From: a virus | Taxonomy: Duplodnaviria > Caudoviricetes | DNA length: 30,530 nt | Virus record (IMG/VR): IMGVR_UViG_3300028596_000048 | Coordinates: 1 to 30,530 of that record | Direction: 5' to 3' (one strand) | Made by a program: the position numbers and the translations under genes | Shown here: in pieces, positions 10,201 to 19,270 of the stretch | Layout: every line of letters begins with the position of its first letter | Numbering within the stretch: position 1 is the stretch's first letter | Notes under the pieces: generated by a model | What the model saw: the letters and a program-made list of their open reading frames with translations, nothing else | What the model was told of the DNA's origin: nothing | Database searches by the model: none

Positions 10201-13200
10201 ACAGAAGACAACAAGGAAGTCTTCTTGAACGGTCTGAGTAAAGTCCGCTCGATGATGGTTCAAGCCTTCAAATGGTTTGACCCCGTAGGTCGTATCAAAG
10301 GCATGGCAGGAAAAGTGGCCACACGGTTCTACCAGATGGACGTTTACGTGGAAGGCGAGAATGAACCTGCGCTCTACGGTAACCGTTTCGGTAAAGGTCA
10401 TTACTACGTCAGGGACAGTGAAGGTAAGTTTGTTCCGATCAATGGTTGGAACGAGATCACTGGCGCGGTCTATGACAAGAATGGCAATGTACTCATCACG
10501 GAAGAAGAGTACGACCGTGGCTTGAAGACCTCCATGGGCTTGAACATTAACAAGTTGGGTAAAGGGGTTCAGACTGCCAAGAAGTGGGGCCTTGATCTGT
10601 TCAACAAGGCGAAGGATCATGCGGTTCCTTACGCTAAAGGTGCTTTCGAGAAAGGGAAGAGTCAGTTCAAAGCTGATTACACTCCTATCGTCAGTGCAGT
10701 GGATCGCATCTATCACTTGCTGCGGGAACACTGGGGTTATGCGGAAGGCTACGTTCCAGCGATGCCTGCTGGTTCTCCGACTCCTCCAATGGGTCCTCCT
10801 ACTCCAGGTCCGTTCGCGACTCCGGCCAGTGAGGTAACTAAACCCGTTAATCCTGAGGCGATGGACGGTACTCCAAAAGAAACTGAAGAGGAACTGGTAG
10901 CGCGTCGTAAGTTGCTCAAGCTGCGCCGTCAGACACCAGCACCTGACTTCGTAGGTCCAATGCCGTTTGCCACGCCTAATGCAGACGGGACTGTTCCACC
11001 TGCTAAGCCTAAGCCAATCTTCACCCCAGTGGTGGATGATCCTGATGCACCTCCTCGCACTTGGATCTTCCGTCGTGATTATGACGACATGAAGAAACGC
11101 TTCCCGCACATGGCTGACAAGGTAGAGGAATACCGTAAACGCTACGAAGACCATCAGAAGGAACTGAATGGCGAAGAAGCGGACAAGCCAGCAGATACCA
11201 ATGATCCGAATCGCTTGAACTCTTTGGCGGACAAGAAGGAGAAAGCTGCTAAAGATAAAGAGAGCAAAACCCAAGATGCGATCATTTCGATTGCTGAGAA
11301 CTTTGGTTTCGGTCAGAAGAGTAACGAAGAACTCGCCAAGAAGAAGTCGGTGGGTCTGTTCGGTCTACTCGGGAGTATGCTGGGCGGTATTGCCACGGGT
11401 ATCGGTAAACTGACGGCGTTCTTTGGTAGCAAGATCCTCTGGAGTGGCTTGACCAACCTGTTCAAGTTCAGTGCGTTCGGTATCCGTCTGTTGCCGAAAA
11501 TGGTCACCGGTATCGGCGCTATCGGCAGTGCGCTCATGACCCTGATTCAAACCAGGAGCTTGGGTAACGCTGCAGGCGACCTGATGGACGGAATACGAGG
11601 TGGCGAAGGGAAGAACCCAGGTCGTAACGAGCGCCGTAAGAAGCGTCGTGAGAAGCCTACTGCGGGCCGTCGTTTTGCTGGCGGTGCAGGTAAGGTGGGT
11701 CTGGGGATGGCTGTCAGTGCAGGCGCTGCTGCTGCAATGGACAGTGGGATCATCGACAAAGACACCGGGATGGGCCAGGTCCTCGATGCAGCAGGGACCG
11801 CGGCAACTATCTGGGGTGTTGGCCAGATGGGGATGAGCGCACTCGGTGCGTTGGGGATTGGTACCGGTTGGGGTGCTAGCATCATGACCGGTCTGGGTGT
11901 AGCAGGTACTGCCATTGGTGGGCTGTTGTCAGCACCTGTCCTTATTGGTGGGGCTGTTGTCGGTGGGCTTGCTTATGGGGCTTACCGTACGGTCAAAGCG
12001 ATGGTCCCTCGCCAGTTCCTGATCCGGATGACACAATACGGTCTGTCTGACCCAGAAGGCGCTCTTTCCGATAAGCTCCTGCAAATCGAAGAGATGCTGA
12101 CTGACTATGTGGTGATTGGTAACGGTAAGGCTAGTCTGTCCCGGGAAGCTCCTCTTGAGAAAGTGATTCAGATTCTCGTTGGGAACATCCCAGACAAGAA
12201 AGGGGTGAGTGATACCCTGTCTTGGTTCAACGGTCGTTTCAAGCCAGTGTTCATGACGTATATGGCCTGCCTGGATGTCATCGGTGTTAAGTCGCTGAAA
12301 GACTACGACAAGTTGAGGGGTGGCAACGTCTACAAGGTGGCTAAACAGACTCACGAGGCAATCAGTCTGCTGGCTCCTTTCCCATACACCATTACCGCCA
12401 AGTTCGATCCTGAAAACCCGATCCTGGAACGTGAAGCCACCATCGTTCGAGTTAACGATTACCTGGCTGAGTTGAAGACCAATACCGACACCGCAGATAA
12501 GCTGAAAGGGGTTGAACCTCTGAAGCCCGTCGAGACGGCTAAGGGTGCGAGTGTGGAAGCCTTGCAACATGAGAAGGTGGAACTCGAAGCTAAACTGCGT
12601 GACCCTAACGCTAAGTTCGACGGCTGGTTCGGTAAAGGCAAAGCTGAATCCAGATTGAAAGAGATCCAAGGAGAAATCACCAAGCTTAATGATGTCTATA
12701 AAGCGGGCACTGTGATCGGTGACATCTTCGTCAAGGACATGCTCCCTGACGGCAAGCCGATTGACATGCTCACTGCCATCAGGTTGGCGGCTTACGGTAA
12801 CGATGAGAACATCCCTTGGCGGGTAGAGGCGGTGCTTAAGCTCGAACGTCATTGCGAACAGTTCTTCAAAGTCACTGGCGATACCGCTGAGTTCACTGGG
12901 CAGATTGGTGAGTTGTTCGCTCAGTTCAAAGATGCCTTCCGTGGTAAGGATAACTACGCGCCTGATTGGTGTCTGTGGTTCAAAGACCGGTTCTTGCCGG
13001 TACTGACTAACTACATGATCCAGATGAACAAGTACCGTAAAGGTCGTCCAGGGGTGGTTTGGAAAACCCTCTCGGTTACTGCACGGTATGAGATCGCTAA
13101 GGCGTTGGTGGATTCCAAGGTTGAAGTGGGGGCTGGGTTGATTACCAGCGTGTGGTACGTCAGGGCTTCGCCGTTCGCCGGTAGCAAGTCTCCTGACCGC

Positions 13201-15318
13201 TCGGATAAAGTCGACAAGATGTTGCAGATCCTGAGCGAAGCTTCGGTTACAGCTCGTTTGAAAGACCCTGAAATGGAAGCAGGGAAAACGAACGCACAAA
13301 CCTGGGCTAATACCATCTCTCCGCACAAGACCGGCGGCGGGTTTACCGAGCGTTACGCTAACACCCAAGACGCATCCCAGTTTAAAACACCGGGCGATGC
13401 AATGCGGGGTGGTCAGTTCAGTACCAACGGCGCGCCAGCAGGGAACGTGTTTAACCCTAATGGTGCGTTCAAGACGCCTGAGAACCAGTTCGGTTTCCAA
13501 CCCATGTCTGGTGATAGCAGTACGGATCACTTGGATATGTCGGGTGTCACGGCACAGCAAGGTAAGGACAGTGGGGTATCGGTTCCGAAGAAACTGGCGG
13601 AACAGTTGATCATCCGGGAAATGTTGAAACAGGGCTTTACTGATCCGCGAGCAATCGCAGAGATGCTGGCCTTGACCAACTATGAAACGGGTGGTTACAA
13701 ACGTACTGTGGAGAATATGAAGTACTCCACACCTGAACAACTGATGAAGACGTTTAAGGAAGTACGTTCCATTGACCAAGCCAAGCAACTGATCGCTGCG
13801 GGTGAAGTGGCCATTGCCAACACGGTTTACGGTGGTGGTAAAGGTGCATCCATTGGTAACAAAGCTCCGGGTGATGGTTATCTGTACCGGGGCCGAGGGA
13901 TGGTGCAACTGACTGGCCGGGCGAACTATGAGAAATACGGTAAAGAGCTGGGCATTGATCTGGTTAACAAACCGGAGTTGTTGAGTAATGACCCTAACGT
14001 CATGGCGCAAGTAGCTGTAGCCTTCTTCAAGAACTCCAAGCTGTTGCGGGGTATCACTGAAGACGGTGATTTCGGTAAGGCTGCTGCTGGCTTGAACGGA
14101 GGCAATGCTCTCCCGGATATGCAGAAGCGCTACGCCTTGTACATGGACTATCTGAAACAGATCCAGGATAAAACCTTGGGTGCTGACGATAAGTTCTTGG
14201 CCGAGAACTCTGGTAGCCAAACCCCGACCGAGATGTATGGTAACACCGGTCCTTCAGAAATGAAGACACCGGCTAGCTACGGTTCGGGTGCGGTAACCGG
14301 AGCGCCGGCGTATGGCGGTGGTGTTGGTGCGGGTGCTTACTCGGGTGGTGGAGATGGTGGAGGTGACTTCGCTAACTACAGTACCCCAGGTAACTACACC
14401 AATACAGGTGCAGGTAGTGGTCTCATTCTGAAGAGTGAGGAAACTACCGGGGGTGGCGGTCATCACCCTGGGTTGGAAGCACTGTGCAAAATCATTCAGG
14501 CTCGTATCCCTGGCTTCAAACAGTGGACCGCTCTGAACGATCGTTACCATGTCAACAAAGGCTCTAAGGGCTTGCACCCTAAAGGTCTGGCGGCTGATTT
14601 TACGTTGACAATGGGTGCACAGGGTAGTCAGCGTGCAACCGCTATGGTCATTGAGATCATGCGCGGTGCTGGACTGTCGCCGTCGGAGTATTCGGTAATT
14701 AACGAGTACATGGTGAAGACGGCAATTGGTACGGGTGGTCACATCCACGCTGGGTTTAAAACACCTGGGGCTGCTGAGAAGTTCCTGCAAGCCAGTGGCG
14801 GTGCTCAAGCTAATGGAGAAGATACAACTGCTGGGTCTGGCGGGATGGTACAGCCTACTCAACAGCCAGGAAGTCCTCCTCCTGCGACTGAACCTGCGGC
14901 AGAAGCCCCTGCTCCTGCTCCACAGGCACCGCAAGTACCTAGAACCATGCCTACTCCTCCACCTCCTCCAGTTGGTGAACCTAAGCCGCCTGAGGGTGTT
15001 GGTGAGCCTGATGACGAGTTCAAAGGCAAACCTACCTTTACCAGTCTCCCACTGCCGAAAGACTCGCGTGGTCCGCAACCGCAAGCGTTGCCGGAAGGGT
15101 ACGAGGCGAACAAGGAGCGCAACGCCCTTGCTGGTCATGACGGTTCTGCCGTTAATGACATCCTTAACGGGATTAAGGAACTGGTGGGTCAGAAGTCCAG
15201 TAACGACGAGGAGATTAAACAGTTGCTCGCTGTACTGGTCAAGACGGCTCAAGAAGGGAACAACATCGCTAAGAACTCTGGCGGTGGTAAGGACGATGGT
15301 TACGTGTCCATGCGGTAA
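7201..15318 (+). CDS. giant tail tape-measure-like protein with virion-associated peptidoglycan hydrolase domains (phiKZ gp181 / OBP gp276-like)
   Basis: 2705 aa, largely helical, with Gly/Ala-rich hydrophobic segments. GH19-type motifs (NYETGG, VENMKYS, YRGRGMVQLTGRANY). Divergent from the beta' gene as in phiKZ-like phages. Confidence 0.88.
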   Translation: MAEEYDSYDWGDDPFQGDIDFDSDFDKAEKHGFIRSFATGFLSGVVEKTVGDTDARIDTLKMVLPKTWTRAFNTLDQLNRKRRELVRELQGEIHGSMDDLQYLAKRAGERLQKSFPNKIGEGLIEFSKNDFSSWENISGGSGDSDPNLESVEDGEVNEVLDQAGVNSLKERETAVEVGNAQIGMMTEIGGRTIGGLNVINQQLGRSNMLLEGILDYQRKVQARNDAMRLTLAARSYLTDSKYYKFQEASNHRIIRELKKIAANSAKSDYEKTTHSQAARKSIRDSVFTTVKGQFGGIADYFSERFGKSARSDAVGNVGEIASSLRMALEMTEGMDFNLGNMLGNAAAGMFISSLPRLIRSGKAQEALNKLKKRFPEAAKKAEDAYIRLEDLGNVTNYAVANAEGMMNTLQEFGKNSFYQDDDMTYEDYLDQFTGEGKPMGKYEWTMKNFARNAVNKGTGAILDDMYTSTPTQYNLQRRTLKDNFEAEVWRRQDSRTLNEAIPALLSAIELSLEKIRTGDDTLKARSYDFVRGKLIDHRQKVTDAFNRTFSQQNFRNYADMANRTANQLDPNKELTESARQALALEMANQADRKKGFSPYNYMELPHLNPNDAAEIRGLMQRNFGITDEIFNEFKEGDHVQRQAKLTYLPTEAGREMAAKIIDEAIRLGQFAPNLAEDIDVARNSGYYDIMKEWGMTKSEYGRDRIDEDKVKELLKEFIKDPSKRITREDPQAEPYRRTRSFGNPFPTPDPDNAPFGPKVTPGDGSGPDEKDEFKDTLKALKESIDQVAENTKSSLLDGRSTNVGSFIDKLGERVDRTNAQLETLVTLANDRNGLLTKILETRPVAAESKMSKEEANEVKVEKQSILERLKQTNFKDLFNKGMDTILKHEPLVLGGLLGGLAGMAVYNPKAAAIAGGGVLAAMAYGKFRSMALARKAADDQDLYEEGSDVPILEAWKLRRGDYYDLLTGKAIDTWDAITGGVRDITNNTVIGAKRLANKLFTEDNKEVFLNGLSKVRSMMVQAFKWFDPVGRIKGMAGKVATRFYQMDVYVEGENEPALYGNRFGKGHYYVRDSEGKFVPINGWNEITGAVYDKNGNVLITEEEYDRGLKTSMGLNINKLGKGVQTAKKWGLDLFNKAKDHAVPYAKGAFEKGKSQFKADYTPIVSAVDRIYHLLREHWGYAEGYVPAMPAGSPTPPMGPPTPGPFATPASEVTKPVNPEAMDGTPKETEEELVARRKLLKLRRQTPAPDFVGPMPFATPNADGTVPPAKPKPIFTPVVDDPDAPPRTWIFRRDYDDMKKRFPHMADKVEEYRKRYEDHQKELNGEEADKPADTNDPNRLNSLADKKEKAAKDKESKTQDAIISIAENFGFGQKSNEELAKKKSVGLFGLLGSMLGGIATGIGKLTAFFGSKILWSGLTNLFKFSAFGIRLLPKMVTGIGAIGSALMTLIQTRSLGNAAGDLMDGIRGGEGKNPGRNERRKKRREKPTAGRRFAGGAGKVGLGMAVSAGAAAAMDSGIIDKDTGMGQVLDAAGTAATIWGVGQMGMSALGALGIGTGWGASIMTGLGVAGTAIGGLLSAPVLIGGAVVGGLAYGAYRTVKAMVPRQFLIRMTQYGLSDPEGALSDKLLQIEEMLTDYVVIGNGKASLSREAPLEKVIQILVGNIPDKKGVSDTLSWFNGRFKPVFMTYMACLDVIGVKSLKDYDKLRGGNVYKVAKQTHEAISLLAPFPYTITAKFDPENPILEREATIVRVNDYLAELKTNTDTADKLKGVEPLKPVETAKGASVEALQHEKVELEAKLRDPNAKFDGWFGKGKAESRLKEIQGEITKLNDVYKAGTVIGDIFVKDMLPDGKPIDMLTAIRLAAYGNDENIPWRVEAVLKLERHCEQFFKVTGDTAEFTGQIGELFAQFKDAFRGKDNYAPDWCLWFKDRFLPVLTNYMIQMNKYRKGRPGVVWKTLSVTARYEIAKALVDSKVEVGAGLITSVWYVRASPFAGSKSPDRSDKVDKMLQILSEASVTARLKDPEMEAGKTNAQTWANTISPHKTGGGFTERYANTQDASQFKTPGDAMRGGQFSTNGAPAGNVFNPNGAFKTPENQFGFQPMSGDSSTDHLDMSGVTAQQGKDSGVSVPKKLAEQLIIREMLKQGFTDPRAIAEMLALTNYETGGYKRTVENMKYSTPEQLMKTFKEVRSIDQAKQLIAAGEVAIANTVYGGGKGASIGNKAPGDGYLYRGRGMVQLTGRANYEKYGKELGIDLVNKPELLSNDPNVMAQVAVAFFKNSKLLRGITEDGDFGKAAAGLNGGNALPDMQKRYALYMDYLKQIQDKTLGADDKFLAENSGSQTPTEMYGNTGPSEMKTPASYGSGAVTGAPAYGGGVGAGAYSGGGDGGGDFANYSTPGNYTNTGAGSGLILKSEETTGGGGHHPGLEALCKIIQARIPGFKQWTALNDRYHVNKGSKGLHPKGLAADFTLTMGAQGSQRATAMVIEIMRGAGLSPSEYSVINEYMVKTAIGTGGHIHAGFKTPGAAEKFLQASGGAQANGEDTTAGSGGMVQPTQQPGSPPPATEPAAEAPAPAPQAPQVPRTMPTPPPPPVGEPKPPEGVGEPDDEFKGKPTFTSLPLPKDSRGPQPQALPEGYEANKERNALAGHDGSAVNDILNGIKELVGQKSSNDEEIKQLLAVLVKTAQEGNNIAKNSGGGKDDGYVSMR

Positions 15319-15323
15319 GTGTT

Positions 15324-15352
15324 AAGGGGGAGTAACATCCCCCTTTTCTTTT
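15324..15352 (+). terminator. intrinsic terminator after the tail protein gene
   Basis: AAGGGGGA-GTAACA-TCCCCCTT stem-loop followed by TTCTTTT, starting 6 nt after the stop codon. Confidence 0.8.
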
Positions 15353-15372
15353 CATTCTGAAGGGTTTCTTTT

Positions 15373-17544
15373 ATGGCGAAGGTATCGACGAGAGACCGTG
15401 ATATTGTTACGAAGTCTTTCAGACTTTTAACGGGAGGTGTTCAACCTACCCAGATTCTGGAAATTTTGGATTGGGATAAGTACTTCAACGTATTCAGTTC
15501 TGCCATGGGCGACAACCGCTACTTCAACCCCATTCCTCAATGGGACCCTGCAACCGACCCTCGTTATGGGCGGTTAATGGTAAGTGAAGAAGGTTCGTTC
15601 GGTGGCATGTACAAAGAGATCTTCGAGAACAACGTTACCACGGTAACCATTACTCCATGTACCGCTCAGTTTGCAGGGGTACTTAGCTTCATCACGAACA
15701 TGTTCTCCCCGACTGCTGCGATCATTGCGAACAAAGGTCGGGCTCCAGGTCCAGCGTTCTACATGGGACAAGCATTGGGTTCCATTGCGTTCTGGCCAAT
15801 GCAGTTAGTAAGTATCAGCACCCAGTTCCTTGCGTTCTTGGCGGAGTCGCCTCGCCACCAGTTCTGGACAGCCAAGCCTGCGGTAGGTGCATTCACCATG
15901 GCCGCTACCGGCGTACTGAACGACTTGATGGTTAAAGCCGGTTACCTGGACCCTGTACTCCCTAAACGGACTCAGGAACAAACCGACCCGTTGCATGGAC
16001 TTAAGCCTGATTACAACACGGCTAACAGTGTAGCGAGCCTGAACAAGCTTGCTCCGGACATTATCAACAGTGACGGTACGTTTGACCTGATGCGCTTCTT
16101 GGGTAAAGGGGCGCGTAAACACCGGGTACTGTTGAACCGTTTGGCTGAAATGGATAACGACCCAAGCATTCAAACGGTGGATCAGAAGCTTGACCGGGCG
16201 AGACAGATCCTGGAAGAAGTTACGTTCGATCAAAGTGTCATCTCGGGCGCTCCTTCTCAAGACTTCATCGAGAAGGAAATGAACACCGTTGGTAAGTTCC
16301 GGGGTGACCAAGAAGGACTGTACGTTGAACAGGACAGTGCTTACCTCGACGAGAAAGCCTACCTGAACGTCAACAACGCGGAAACTGGTCTGGGTGGTTT
16401 GGGGAATAGCTTCGGTACAGGTGCAGGTGGCGGAACTCAAGCTCCTAACAACAGCATGGACACCGCTAATCAGTTTGCGCAGCCTACCCCGAGCATTAAC
16501 CCGAATGAAACGCAAGGTCGTCCCGGGATCACCACCGGTGCTAACCCTAACGTTGCGGGCGGTCAACAGATCTACTACGAAGACAACCCAAACAATCGTA
16601 CTTGGATGGGGGACATCTTTGACTTGGTCAACACCGCCATTCATGGTGGTATGGACGCCATTACCATTCGCTGTGAAGGTGGTAATGGTCCGGTCAGTGA
16701 CAGTTTCAGTAGTAGCTCTGCGCCTTCTCCGTTGGCGGATAAGTTCAACAGCTTGGTACGCTCGGCTAACGACTTCCGCTTTGACGTCGCAGGCGGCAAC
16801 ATCGGTAACGTTTTGATTGACGGGATCATCAACACCATTAAAGAAGGTGCCATTGGCGCATTGTCTGGCTCGGTGATTGGTAACATCCCCTTGGCATTGG
16901 CGGGTAACGCTTACGTCAAGATCCCTAACCACTGGGCGGAGTCCTCTTCTAGCCTGCACCGGGAAAGCTATCAGTTCAACTTCCGTTGTAACTACGCTCA
17001 CCCATTTGAAATCATTACCAAGATCTTTGTCCCCTTCTCCATTTTGGTAACGATGGTTGCAGGGTTTACCACAGGTGGTTCAACGTACACCACCCCGTTC
17101 TATCACAAGGTGTTCTGCAAAGGTCGTCAGATCATGCGGACCTCCATGTGTGAGAGCATGCAATTTACCTTTGGTGAAGGTCCTTGTGGGTGGAGTCGTG
17201 ACCGTAAGCCGTTGAACCTGTCGGTTACTGCTAACTGGGTAGACTTGGAGCCATTGGTCACCATCCCAATCGATCGCTCCATCGGTATCTTCGATTTGAC
17301 CAACCCAGCGGCGGTAGCCAACACTATCCTGAACGATGACAGTCCATGGACTAACATGGCGTCGCGTATCGGTGGTCTGGATTACCTGGATACCGTTCTG
17401 AAGTACGCTCGTTTGAACCGCCAGATCTCCCAAGCGGTATTGGGGGTTGAACAAAGCTTCCGGGCTGACAACATCGCGGCTAAGTTGAACGACTCGATCA
17501 TTGGTGACCTGTCTCGCTTGGCAATCCGTCCTCTGGCTCGATAA
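15373..17544 (+). CDS. virion structural protein, probably tail/baseplate (phiKZ gp182-like)
   Basis: 723-aa ORF directly downstream of the gp181-like gene. Size and position match the conserved neighbour. C-terminal motifs such as PF..KVFCKGR and GWSRDRKPL are recalled for this family. Confidence 0.7.
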   Translation: MAKVSTRDRDIVTKSFRLLTGGVQPTQILEILDWDKYFNVFSSAMGDNRYFNPIPQWDPATDPRYGRLMVSEEGSFGGMYKEIFENNVTTVTITPCTAQFAGVLSFITNMFSPTAAIIANKGRAPGPAFYMGQALGSIAFWPMQLVSISTQFLAFLAESPRHQFWTAKPAVGAFTMAATGVLNDLMVKAGYLDPVLPKRTQEQTDPLHGLKPDYNTANSVASLNKLAPDIINSDGTFDLMRFLGKGARKHRVLLNRLAEMDNDPSIQTVDQKLDRARQILEEVTFDQSVISGAPSQDFIEKEMNTVGKFRGDQEGLYVEQDSAYLDEKAYLNVNNAETGLGGLGNSFGTGAGGGTQAPNNSMDTANQFAQPTPSINPNETQGRPGITTGANPNVAGGQQIYYEDNPNNRTWMGDIFDLVNTAIHGGMDAITIRCEGGNGPVSDSFSSSSAPSPLADKFNSLVRSANDFRFDVAGGNIGNVLIDGIINTIKEGAIGALSGSVIGNIPLALAGNAYVKIPNHWAESSSSLHRESYQFNFRCNYAHPFEIITKIFVPFSILVTMVAGFTTGGSTYTTPFYHKVFCKGRQIMRTSMCESMQFTFGEGPCGWSRDRKPLNLSVTANWVDLEPLVTIPIDRSIGIFDLTNPAAVANTILNDDSPWTNMASRIGGLDYLDTVLKYARLNRQISQAVLGVEQSFRADNIAAKLNDSIIGDLSRLAIRPLAR

Positions 17545-17563
17545 GAAATAAAAAGCGTTAATA

Positions 17564-17595
17564 CTCCCTACCTCCGGTTATCCGGAGGTAGGGAG
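17564..17595. terminator. perfect 14-bp hairpin between convergent genes (putative bidirectional terminator)
   Basis: CTCCCTACCTCCGG-TTAT-CCGGAGGTAGGGAG. Confidence 0.75.
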
Positions 17596-17608
17596 CTTAC
17601 AAGGTTTA

Positions 17609-18730
17609 TTAAGACATCAAAACAATCGGAGGATTCTCAAAAGACTTATCCAGTACCGACAACGCACTCTCTTCTTTGAACATCCCGCTGGTTGCCAAGA
17701 GAGGAATGTATTCGTTACTGGCTTCTGCAACAGTAATAGGGCTCAGCAAGGTGATCATGTCCGGGCTGATTGTGGTGACTAGTCCGAGGTTGTATGCCTC
17801 ACCGAACTGAGTCTGACGATACATCCACCGCTCACCCGCTACTCGTACCAGAATAGCCAAAAGCTTTTGTTTCAAAGCAGGGTAATCTTCCGGCAACATG
17901 TCATCGTCGAACGTGAAGTTAGTGAACAGCTTCTCGATGAAATCCGGGTACTTGTTTAACAGTGAGTTCTTGCCTTGCTCGTCCAAGAAACTTATGACCT
18001 TATCGACGCTGATGATGTCACCGTTCTTGATCATGATGTTGATGGCTTCGATGAACGCATCCTGACGCAAAGCCTCGTACGGGTAATTGTCCCAGAGGTT
18101 CTTGTAGATGTCGCTCATTCCGAAGATAGAGCTGTTGTAGATCACACTGTTGTACAGGGAAGTCTTCAATGAGACGTCAACAAACTCATCGATACCCGCA
18201 TAGTCCACCAAGGTGTCCAGCAGTCCCTCACCGATCTGACCACGCCAGTTACCGTCTACTCGGAACTTTTCACCGTCGACCGTGAGGATCTGGTCGATGT
18301 TCAAACCTGTCAGTCGATTGAACTCTTTATTGAGTCCGCTCGCCAACTTACGCATTGCGCCCTTCTCGCTACTAACCGGGAACCCCAGTTTGCTACTGAC
18401 AGCGTAAAGGATATTGTCCGTGTCAAACACTACCCCGTCACGACCCACTTTGATCGCTTTGGTAATGTCCTTGGTGTTGAGGTATCCACCGGAGATAGCA
18501 CCTACAACACCGTCCAGCTGTTCGATGTATTGACCGCGGTAATTGGAGATGCGGTCCTTAAGCGTGGTGTCCTGCGGGTTAACCAGCGCTACACCTTCAT
18601 CTAGCCGTTCAGTGGTGGTATTAATTGGAGTCAGGGTATCGCTCCGAACCGAACGCATGGAAGAGCTGGTGCTGCTCTTGAATGCCTGTACTTCTTTGCC
18701 TAGGTCGAATCCATCCAGTAAACCTGCCAT
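17609..18730 (-). CDS. putative virion structural protein
   Basis: Long ORF with phage-like codon usage. ATG at 18730 is preferred over TTG at 18736 because GGAGA lies 8 nt upstream. Function is inferred from synteny only. Confidence 0.6.
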   Translation of the reverse strand: MAGLLDGFDLGKEVQAFKSSTSSSMRSVRSDTLTPINTTTERLDEGVALVNPQDTTLKDRISNYRGQYIEQLDGVVGAISGGYLNTKDITKAIKVGRDGVVFDTDNILYAVSSKLGFPVSSEKGAMRKLASGLNKEFNRLTGLNIDQILTVDGEKFRVDGNWRGQIGEGLLDTLVDYAGIDEFVDVSLKTSLYNSVIYNSSIFGMSDIYKNLWDNYPYEALRQDAFIEAINIMIKNGDIISVDKVISFLDEQGKNSLLNKYPDFIEKLFTNFTFDDDMLPEDYPALKQKLLAILVRVAGERWMYRQTQFGEAYNLGLVTTISPDMITLLSPITVAEASNEYIPLLATSGMFKEESALSVLDKSFENPPIVLMS

Positions 18731-18744
18731 GTCCAAAATCTCCG

Positions 18745-18788
18745 AAAAAAAAAACAGTCGAGAGTAGCCGGGGGATACCCAGCTACTC
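18745..18788 (-). terminator. intrinsic terminator after the 150-aa gene
   Basis: Minus strand reads GAGTAGCTGGG-TATCC-CCCGGCTACTC, with a U.G pair that forms only on this strand, followed by TCGACTG and T10. Confidence 0.7.
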
Positions 18789-18817
18789 CGTATTACTATT
18801 CTGGGTTATAGGTTCAA

Positions 18818-19270
18818 TCAATCCGAACCATCAGTGGGTGGGGATGGGTCTTTTTGTAGGGTAACCTTCATTTGCTCTTTGCTCAAGAGCCGAACGGTAT
18901 CGTCCACTACATAGACATTGCCATCTTCGTCTGTTGCTTCAATAGTAATCTTCACTGAACGCATCCGTACAATTGTCAGGCCTTCCAACAATTTACTGAA
19001 CGTCAGTCCCGGTTTTTGAAAGTAGGTTTCTTTGATATTCCCCGTTTTGGTCAAGCGGTCTTTCTTGGCTTCCACGGGATCTGATTCGTCAATCACCCTA
19101 TCGAGGTAGTCTCTGAGATAACGAACCCACTTCTGCGGGTCCATGTCTAGCTTGCGGAGTATCTTCCGGAAAAGTATCGCTGGAGTATCCCTAAGTAAAT
19201 CGTCTGGTACGAACTTGTGAGAAATGCTGCTCAGCTCTCTTGACCGTAGCTTGCGTTCTCCTTTTTCCAT
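18818..19270 (-). CDS. conserved hypothetical protein (150 aa)
   Basis: ATG directly follows the upstream stop, with GGAGG just upstream. Basic, helical protein of unknown function. Confidence 0.8.
   Translation of the reverse strand: MEKGERKLRSRELSSISHKFVPDDLLRDTPAILFRKILRKLDMDPQKWVRYLRDYLDRVIDESDPVEAKKDRLTKTGNIKETYFQKPGLTFSKLLEGLTIVRMRSVKITIEATDEDGNVYVVDDTVRLLSKEQMKVTLQKDPSPPTDGSD

Noticed and set aside
128-14220. Very long antisense ORFs (128-1771, 2231-3313, 3344-4531, 5680-7149, 7699-9864, 11929-14220 and others)
   Set aside because: They mirror real genes codon for codon. Avoidance of TTA/CTA/TCA codons on the sense strand removes antisense stops, and the translations show no motifs or good RBS.
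14726-15325. 199-aa alternative-frame ORF at the end of the tail gene, suggesting a frameshift product
   Set aside because: Its Leu-rich sequence is the shifted reading of CCT Pro codons, and I saw no slippery site.
16380-16580. Gly/Asn/Pro-rich stretch in the 723-aa protein as a tandem repeat
   Set aside because: It is a low-complexity linker with no discernible repeat unit.
18791-18796. Plus-strand TATTAC as a second early promoter
   Set aside because: It lacks the upstream TTTAA and points antisense into a gene's 3' end, so it is likely chance.
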